From Candidatus Pacearchaeota archaeon (lineage in GTDB: Archaea; Nanobdellota; Nanobdellia; Pacearchaeales; GW2011-AR1), in assembly GCA_002731115.1 (NCBI GenBank), contig PBZO01000001.1, positions 1,069 through 33,551 on the forward strand: a stretch of DNA of 32,483 nt. The letters are read 5' to 3'. The first letter of the stretch is position 1, and the number at the start of each line of letters is the position of its first letter. A model generated the notes under the pieces. It ran no database searches and had not been told where the DNA came from. It saw only the letters and a program-made list of their open reading frames with translations. This document shows positions 26,704 to 32,483 of this stretch, piece by piece. Position numbers and translations under genes: made by a program.

Positions 26704-27000
26704 ATGGAAATATGTCCAAAATGTGGCTTGCCTGAGCAAGCATGTGTATGTGAACAAATCGTAAAGAGTTCGCAGAAGATAAAAGTAACAACAGACAAGA
26801 AGCGATATGGAAAAATCGTAACTATTGTTACAGGATTCGGGCATGGAATTGATGTAAAGAAAATCGCAAAGGCTCTGAAAAATGAGCTTGCTTGCGGTGG
26901 GACTTACAAAGATAACATGATAGAACTCCAAGGAAACCATAAAAAGAAGATAAAAGAAATCCTAGTCAAACTTGGATTTGAAGAAGAATCCATTGATTAA
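26704..27000 (+). CDS. sui1: Translation initiation factor aIF1/SUI1
   Basis: CPKCGLPEQAC, KRYGKIVT, LACGGT, IELQGNH. Confidence 0.96.
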   Translation: MEICPKCGLPEQACVCEQIVKSSQKIKVTTDKKRYGKIVTIVTGFGHGIDVKKIAKALKNELACGGTYKDNMIELQGNHKKKIKEILVKLGFEEESID

Positions 27001-27024
27001 AAACATACACTAAACAAAATAAAA

Positions 27025-27366
27025 ATGAAGAAAAAAACAGAAATAAAAGAAGAAAAAGCTGAGAATAGATGTAATGATAAAAACTGTCATATTCATGGAA
27101 ATCTAAAAGTTAGAGGGAGAACTTTTGAAGGAGAAGTAATTAAAAAGTTCCATAAAAGAATTACAATTGAATTTACTAGAATGATTTATATAAGAAAATA
27201 TGAAAGATATGCTAAATCACGAACAAAAATTCATGCGAGACTTCCTGTTTGCATGGAAAATGAAATTAATATAGGAGATTTGATAAAAATACAAGAGTGT
27301 AGGCCTTTAAGTAAAATAATTCATTTTGCAGTCATTGGAAAAGTAAATGAGGAGGAGAAGAAATGA
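27025..27366 (+). CDS. rps17: 30S ribosomal protein S17 (uS17)
   Basis: CNDKNCHIHG, KYERY, ECRPLSK. Confidence 0.97.
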   Translation: MKKKTEIKEEKAENRCNDKNCHIHGNLKVRGRTFEGEVIKKFHKRITIEFTRMIYIRKYERYAKSRTKIHARLPVCMENEINIGDLIKIQECRPLSKIIHFAVIGKVNEEEKK

Positions 27367-27764
27367 AAGCAATATCAGCCAAAGTTACACCTGGATTGAA
27401 TTTAGGAGCATATATGATCTCTTCTGATAATAGCGGAGCAAAAATAGTAAAATTAGTCTCTGTAAAAAGAGCAAAAGCAAAGAAAGGTAAACAAGTTTGT
27501 GCAAAAATTGCTGATTGGGTAAAAGTTAGCATAAGAAAAGGAATTCCCGATATGAAAGGGAAAGTCTTTGATGCAGTGGTTATAAGACAAAAAAAATCAT
27601 ATAGGAGACTTAATGGAGAGAGAATAGCTTTTGAAGATAATGCTGTTGCAATCTTAAAAGATGAAAAGGGAAATCCAAAAGGAACTCAAATTAAAGGGCC
27701 AATTGCAAGGGAGGTAATGGAGCGATTTCCAAGTGTGGGAAAAATTGCTTCAATTGTATACTAA
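27363..27764 (+). CDS. rpl14: 50S ribosomal protein L14 (uL14)
   Basis: DNSGAK, AVVIRQKK, FEDNAVAI, GPIAREV. Confidence 0.97.
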   Translation: MKAISAKVTPGLNLGAYMISSDNSGAKIVKLVSVKRAKAKKGKQVCAKIADWVKVSIRKGIPDMKGKVFDAVVIRQKKSYRRLNGERIAFEDNAVAILKDEKGNPKGTQIKGPIAREVMERFPSVGKIASIVY

Positions 27765-27765
27765 A

Positions 27766-28197
27766 ATGAAAAAAGAATTTAGCAAACACTGGAAATCAAG
27801 TAAACAACCAAGAAAACAAAGAAAATACTTAGCTAATGCTCCATTACATATCAAAAAAAAGTTTATAAGTGTTAATTTATCAAGAGAATTAAGAAAAAAA
27901 TACCCGAAAAGAAATATTCCTGTTAAAAAAGGGGATGTTGTAAAAGTTATGAGGGGAAAATTTAAGAAAAAACAAGGAAAGGTAATAGAAGTTAAATTAA
28001 AACTATCTAAAATAATAATAGAAGGAATCCAAGTAAAAAAACAGGATGGTTCAAAAGTAAATGTAAGATTGCAACCTTCAAATCTACAACTTATTGAATT
28101 AAATTTAGAAGATAGAAAACGAGGAAGAGTTTTAGGAAAAAAGATTGAAGAAGAATCAAAACAAATAAAAGAAGAAATCAAGGGAGAAAAGAAGTAA
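27766..28197 (+). CDS. rpl24: 50S ribosomal protein L24 (uL24)
   Basis: SKQPRKQRK..NAPLH, KKGDVVKVMRG KOW motif. Confidence 0.97.
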   Translation: MKKEFSKHWKSSKQPRKQRKYLANAPLHIKKKFISVNLSRELRKKYPKRNIPVKKGDVVKVMRGKFKKKQGKVIEVKLKLSKIIIEGIQVKKQDGSKVNVRLQPSNLQLIELNLEDRKRGRVLGKKIEEESKQIKEEIKGEKK

Positions 28198-28198
28198 A

Positions 28199-28837
28199 AT
28201 GCACTTAAAAAGACAGAAAACACCAAAAAACTGGCCAATACCTAGAAAGGGGACTCCTTATGTAGTTAGACCTAATTTTAATGTAAGAAATAGTATTCCT
28301 ATATTAGTTGTTTTAAGAGATATATTAGAGCTTGCTCAAAATAGAAAAGAAGTAAAGAAAGCAATACACTCAAAACATATTTTACTTAATAATAAGATAG
28401 TAAGAGATGAAAAAAATCCAATGCTACTCTTTGATATCTTATCTATTATCCCTTCAAAAAAGAATTATAGAATGGAATTATCAGAGAAAGGAAAATTTCA
28501 AATAAAAGAAACAGATATAAATAAGAAAATATCAAAAATCATAAATAAGAGTATATTAAAAGGAAAGAAAACACAGTTAAACTTAAGTGATGGAAAAAAC
28601 TTTTTATCAGATATTAAATGTAATGTAAATGATTCTGTTTTAATTAATCTTAAAGATAAAAAAATAGAAAAATGTATTCCCTTAAAAGAAAAAGCAAAGA
28701 TAATTATTATTGGTGGAAAACATGCTGGAGAAACAGGAATAATAAACAATATAGACTCAAAAGGGAAAAACACAGAATCAACTATTGACAAAAAAAAGGT
28801 TAATGTTTTAATTAAACAATTAATGGTAATTGAATAA
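28199..28837 (+). CDS. rps4e: 30S ribosomal protein S4e (eS4)
   Basis: MHLKR..P..WPIPRK, LRDIL, IIGGKHAG. Confidence 0.96.
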   Translation: MHLKRQKTPKNWPIPRKGTPYVVRPNFNVRNSIPILVVLRDILELAQNRKEVKKAIHSKHILLNNKIVRDEKNPMLLFDILSIIPSKKNYRMELSEKGKFQIKETDINKKISKIINKSILKGKKTQLNLSDGKNFLSDIKCNVNDSVLINLKDKKIEKCIPLKEKAKIIIIGGKHAGETGIINNIDSKGKNTESTIDKKKVNVLIKQLMVIE

Positions 28838-29337
28838 TGAAAGATAATATTATGAGAAATATAAAAATAGAGAAGGTTGTTTTAAGTGTAGGTGGAACTA
28901 AAGAAGAATTAGAAAAAGGAGTAAAACTCTTAAATATGCTTACAAATAAAAAGCCTGCAAAAACGAAATCAAAAAAAAGAATACCCTCACTAAATGTAAG
29001 GCCTGGATTAGAAGTGGGGGCGGTTGTAACTTTAAGGAAAAATGCTAAAGAATTTTTAAAAAAAATGTTAACTACAATAGATAATAAATTAAAGAAAAAA
29101 CAAATAAGTGAAAATAACTTTTCTTTTGGAATAAAAGAATATATTGAAATCCCTGGAGTAGAATATCAAAGAGAAATTGGAATTATGGGATTTGATATAA
29201 CTGTTGTATTCAAAAGATCTGGGAGAAGAATAAGAATAAGAAAAATAAAAAAAGGAAAAATACCCAAAAGACAGATAATCTCCCCAGATGAAATAATTAA
29301 ATTTATGGAAGAAAATTTCCAGACGGAATTTATTTAA
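28837..29337 (+). CDS. rpl5: 50S ribosomal protein L5 (uL5)
   Basis: MRNIKIEKVVL, VTLR, NFSFGIKEYIEIPG. Confidence 0.97.
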   Translation: MKDNIMRNIKIEKVVLSVGGTKEELEKGVKLLNMLTNKKPAKTKSKKRIPSLNVRPGLEVGAVVTLRKNAKEFLKKMLTTIDNKLKKKQISENNFSFGIKEYIEIPGVEYQREIGIMGFDITVVFKRSGRRIRIRKIKKGKIPKRQIISPDEIIKFMEENFQTEFI

Positions 29338-29338
29338 A

Positions 29339-29569
29339 ATGACAGCAAGCGACTGGAGAAAAATATTGAAACAATTAAGAAGTAAGCCAGTTGTAATGGC
29401 AAAATTCATAAAACATAATAAGCCAAGAGAGAAGAAAATAGGAATAACAGTAAAAAAATGCGAGAGATGTGGAAGATTCGGAGCTCATATTAAATCATAT
29501 GGATTAAATTTATGCCGGCACTGTTTTAGAGAAATAGCAGAAGAAATCGGTTTTAAGAAATATAGTTAA
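29339..29569 (+). CDS. rps14: 30S ribosomal protein S14 (uS14, zinc type) with N-terminal extension
   Basis: CERCG..YGLNLCRHCFREIA..GFKKY. Confidence 0.97.
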   Translation: MTASDWRKILKQLRSKPVVMAKFIKHNKPREKKIGITVKKCERCGRFGAHIKSYGLNLCRHCFREIAEEIGFKKYS

Positions 29570-29570
29570 A

Positions 29571-29951
29571 ATGTCACAAGATATTGTTGCAGATGCTTTG
29601 AATATGATAAGAAATGCTAAAAGAGCAAGAAAAGAAACTATAAAGATAAATAGAATTTCAAATTTACTAATTGGAATATTAAAAATAATGAAACAAAAAA
29701 ATACTATAAGAAAATATAAAATTGATAGTAGAGGAAAAACTATTGAAGTTACAATAGGAGAATTAAATGAATGTAAAGCAATAAAACCAAGATTTAGTGT
29801 TGATAAAACCCAGATTGAAAAATATAGAAGAAGATATTTGCCCTCAAGAAATTTTGGAACAATGATAGTATCGACAAATAAGGGATTAATAACTCATGAA
29901 GAAGCTCAAGAAAAGAAAATAGGAGGGAGCTTAATTGCATATTTTTACTAA
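29571..29951 (+). CDS. rps8: 30S ribosomal protein S8 (uS8)
   Basis: DIVADALNMIRNA, IKPRF, IVSTNKGLITH, GGSLIAY. Confidence 0.97.
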   Translation: MSQDIVADALNMIRNAKRARKETIKINRISNLLIGILKIMKQKNTIRKYKIDSRGKTIEVTIGELNECKAIKPRFSVDKTQIEKYRRRYLPSRNFGTMIVSTNKGLITHEEAQEKKIGGSLIAYFY

Positions 29952-30487
29952 TGAAAAAAGAAATATTTCAGACAATTGAAATCCCTAAGGGAGTAGAAGC
30001 AGAAATAAATGGAAATACCTTAATTATAAAGGGTCCTGAAGGAGAAAATAAAAAAACATTTAATACAAATAAATTAGTCTTTGAAAAAAAAGAGAATTCA
30101 ATAATTATTGGAAGTAAAAAAGCAACAAAAACAGAAAAAAGAATGATAAATACTATCACTGCACATATTAATAATATGGTTAAAGGAGTCCAGGAAAAAT
30201 TTGAATATAAATTAAAGATATGTTTTAGTCATTTTCCATTTAGTATTGAGATTAAAGGAGATGAAGCAATAATAAAGAACTTTTTAGGAGAAAAAATCCC
30301 TAGAAAACTAAAAATCTCTGGAGAAGTTGATATAAACAAGGATATTATCACAATAAAATCTGTAGATAAGGAATTAGCAGGACAAATAGCGGCAAATTTT
30401 GAACAAGCAACTAGAATTAAGTCTAAGGATAAACGAGTATTTCAAGATGGTTGTTATATTATCAGCAAAGATGGGAGGGGAGTATGA
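29951..30487 (+). CDS. rpl6: 50S ribosomal protein L6 (uL6)
   Basis: IPKGV, KGPEG, FSHFP, NFLGEK, DKRVFQDG. Confidence 0.97.
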   Translation: MKKEIFQTIEIPKGVEAEINGNTLIIKGPEGENKKTFNTNKLVFEKKENSIIIGSKKATKTEKRMINTITAHINNMVKGVQEKFEYKLKICFSHFPFSIEIKGDEAIIKNFLGEKIPRKLKISGEVDINKDIITIKSVDKELAGQIAANFEQATRIKSKDKRVFQDGCYIISKDGRGV

Positions 30488-30849
30488 GAATAAAATTTTT
30501 AAGAAGAAATTGGAATCGGCATAGTAAATTAGGAAAAAGAAGAAAGAAAAAACAGACTTGGAGAAGACCCAAGGGAAGGGACAATAAAATGAGAGAGAAA
30601 AGAAAAGGATATCCTTTAGTTATTAGTATTGGTTATAAAAAGGGAAAAACTGAAAATAAACAACTTCCAATTATTAAAAACATTAAAGATTTTGAGAAAA
30701 ATAAAAAGATTAAGGAAATAACAATTGGGAAAATTGGTAAAAAAAAGAAGATAGAAATAGCAAAAATGGCAGAAAAACTGAAGATTAAAATCAGCAACTT
30801 GAATATTAAAAAATTTCTAAAGCAAAAAAAGGAGAGTAAAACACAATGA
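30484..30849 (+). CDS. rpl32e: 50S ribosomal protein L32e (eL32)
   Basis: KFLRR..WRRPKGRDNKMR..SIGY; start MRIKF overlaps the rpl6 stop (ATGA). Confidence 0.95.
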   Translation: MRIKFLRRNWNRHSKLGKRRKKKQTWRRPKGRDNKMREKRKGYPLVISIGYKKGKTENKQLPIIKNIKDFEKNKKIKEITIGKIGKKKKIEIAKMAEKLKIKISNLNIKKFLKQKKESKTQ

Positions 30850-30935
30850 CAAAAGTTAAAGATACCCTCTACCCCAATCTAGTAGATCTTCACTTAATTA
30901 AATTTAAAAGATATCTAGAAAAAAAACTAAAATGA
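30846..30935 (+). CDS. Candidate 29-aa small ORF bridging rpl32e and rpl19e
   Basis: MTKVKDTLYPNLVDLHLIKFKRYLEKKLK; ATGA overlap with the rpl32e stop and ATGA overlap with the rpl19e start. Confidence 0.45.
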   Translation: MTKVKDTLYPNLVDLHLIKFKRYLEKKLK

Positions 30936-31336
30936 ATTTAAAAAAGAAAAAAGAACTTTCAAGAAAAACTCTAAAAGTTGGAAAAGAAAGAATTATCTTT
31001 TTAAAATCAAGATTGAATGAAATTAAAGAAGCTATAACAAAACAAGATATTAGAGATTTAAAAAAAGAAGGAGCAATAATTATAAAAGTAAAAAAGGGAA
31101 GAAGAAAGAATAAAAATAAAAGAAAAAAAAGAAGTATTGGAAACATAAGAAAAAAAGTAAATAAAAGAAAACAAGAATATGTAATAATGACTAGAAAATT
31201 GAGGAAATATATTGACGAATTAAAGAAACAGGGAAAATTATCTAATGAGAAATTTAGTGATATTAGAAAGAGAATAAGAAACAAAGCTTTCAGAAGTAAA
31301 ACACATTTAAAGGAGTATCTTAAGGGATTAAAATGA
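30932..31336 (+). CDS. rpl19e: 50S ribosomal protein L19e (eL19)
   Basis: LKVGKERI, IKEAITKQDIRDL. Confidence 0.95.
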   Translation: MNLKKKKELSRKTLKVGKERIIFLKSRLNEIKEAITKQDIRDLKKEGAIIIKVKKGRRKNKNKRKKRSIGNIRKKVNKRKQEYVIMTRKLRKYIDELKKQGKLSNEKFSDIRKRIRNKAFRSKTHLKEYLKGLK

Positions 31337-31827
31337 AAACATTAAAAAGAAGAAGAAAAGAAAATAAAACAAATTATTTGAAGAGAATCAAGTTACTTAA
31401 AAGTAAATCTCCAAGAATAGTTTTTAGAAAAACAAATAGATATATTGTCTCACAATATGTTACAAGTAAACAAGCACAGGATAAAGTTGAAATCTCTATA
31501 AATTCAAGACACTTAGTAAAATATGGCTGGCCTAAAGAATTTAATGGAAGTTTAAAATCACATCCTGCATCATATCTAACAGGCTTTTTAATAGGTAAGA
31601 AAATACTCTTAAAAAAATTAGAGACACCGATTATTGATTTTGGGATGATTAGGCCATTACGTAAAACAAAAATCTATTCTTTCTTGAAAGGATTAATTGA
31701 TTCTGGAATTAAAATAAAATCTAAGGAAGATATTTTTCCCGATGAGGGCAGAATAAAGGGAAAATATATGAAAAAAGATTTCTCGCAAATCTTTGAACAA
31801 ATTAAATCAGAAATAGAAAAAGAATAA
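31333..31827 (+). CDS. rpl18: 50S ribosomal protein L18 (uL18)
   Basis: RRRKENKTNYLKR, RIVFRKTN, KYGW, ASYLTG. Confidence 0.96.
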   Translation: MKTLKRRRKENKTNYLKRIKLLKSKSPRIVFRKTNRYIVSQYVTSKQAQDKVEISINSRHLVKYGWPKEFNGSLKSHPASYLTGFLIGKKILLKKLETPIIDFGMIRPLRKTKIYSFLKGLIDSGIKIKSKEDIFPDEGRIKGKYMKKDFSQIFEQIKSEIEKE

Positions 31828-32483
31828 TGTACAAAAGAAAGCCTAGAGAGAAAAAAGATATTGAAGCTGAAAAAAGAGAAGCAATAGCTGCTTGGATTCC
31901 TAGAACAAAACTTGGAAAAGAAGTAAAAGATGGAAAAATCAAGGAAATTGATGAAATTCTAGAAAATAATAAGAAAATCCTTGAAACGGAAATTGTGGAT
32001 TCATTAATTAATGCTCAATCTGATTTAATTGCAATTGGCCAATCAAAAGGGAAATTTGGCGGAGGAAAAAGAAGAGCATGGCGTCAAACTCAAAGAAAAA
32101 CAAAAGAAGGAAATGTCCCAACATTTTCAACACTTGCTGTTATTGGAGATTATAATGGACATGTCGGAGTTGGTTCTGGGAAATCTAAAGAAACCCTACC
32201 TGCAAGAGACAAGGCAATAAAAAAAGCTAAATTAAATATCTTTAAAATAAAAAGAACTTGTGCAGGATTTGATTGTGCCTGTTCTGAATTACATACTGTT
32301 CCATTTAAGGTTATGGGTAAATCTGGAAGTGTGAAAGTAACTTTAATCCCAGCATCACAAGGAACAGGATTAGTTGTAGCAAATGAATTAAAAAAAGTAT
32401 TAAAACTTGCAGGAATAAAAGATGTTTATAGTAAAACAATTGGAAGAAAAAGAACAACATTTAATTTAATTAAAGCCTGTATT
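31827..32483 (+). CDS. rps5: 30S ribosomal protein S5 (uS5), runs off the window end
   Basis: WIPRTKLG, IGDYNGHVGVG, CAGFDCAC..HTVP, GTGLV, LAGIKDV; no stop before 32483. Confidence 0.96.
   Translation, partial: MYKRKPREKKDIEAEKREAIAAWIPRTKLGKEVKDGKIKEIDEILENNKKILETEIVDSLINAQSDLIAIGQSKGKFGGGKRRAWRQTQRKTKEGNVPTFSTLAVIGDYNGHVGVGSGKSKETLPARDKAIKKAKLNIFKIKRTCAGFDCACSELHTVPFKVMGKSGSVKVTLIPASQGTGLVVANELKKVLKLAGIKDVYSKTIGRKRTTFNLIKACI

Noticed and set aside
4174-32220. Many 60-175 aa antisense or alternate-frame ORFs (e.g. 4174, 7375, 9879, 11255, 23431, 25839, 27750, 30904, 32029)
   Set aside because: Shadows of well-supported genes; the Phe/Leu/Ser-rich content of the antisense ones mirrors Lys/Glu codons on the coding strand
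1-32483. CRISPR array, IS, integrase, att duplication at the tRNA 3' ends, tRNA introns, inteins
   Set aside because: No spaced repeats, recombinase motifs, duplicated tRNA ends, intron insertions or intein-sized inserts seen by eye

Overview
Very AT-rich, gene-dense core chromosome of a DPANN archaeon, most consistent with Pacearchaeota (inferred from the short archaeosortase, ribosomal protein shapes and gene order). 1-5.4 kb: envelope cluster (two membrane-anchored paralog-like proteins, DedA, archaeosortase, PAP2 phosphatase, putative S-layer glycoprotein, small membrane protein). 5.4-11.2 kb, minus strand, in coordinate order: shortened dph2, sepF, pfdB, rpoP, rpl37ae, tRNA-Pro, rpl11, spt5, an orphan, secE, ftsZ, FKBP. 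11.3-22.1 kb: aIF5A, rpl40e, site-2 protease, taw1, a CARF-like small protein, rpl1-rplP0-rpl12, an XPD/DinG-like helicase, tRNA-Ser, an N-terminally truncated AMP phosphorylase, an AI-2E transporter and unknowns. 22.2 kb-end: the S10/spc-like ribosomal protein operon (rpl3 to partial rps5). No CRISPR array or mobile element seen. Best leads: a circularly permuted L1-binding-like RNA leader hiding the rpl1 Shine-Dalgarno; a sortase/DedA/PAP2/S-layer module; a 29-codon ORF coupled on both sides between rpl32e and rpl19e; no rnp1 in its usual operon slot, with fixed-distance tRNA promoters; a stand-alone CARF-like protein; and two enzymes lacking domains normally required for activity.
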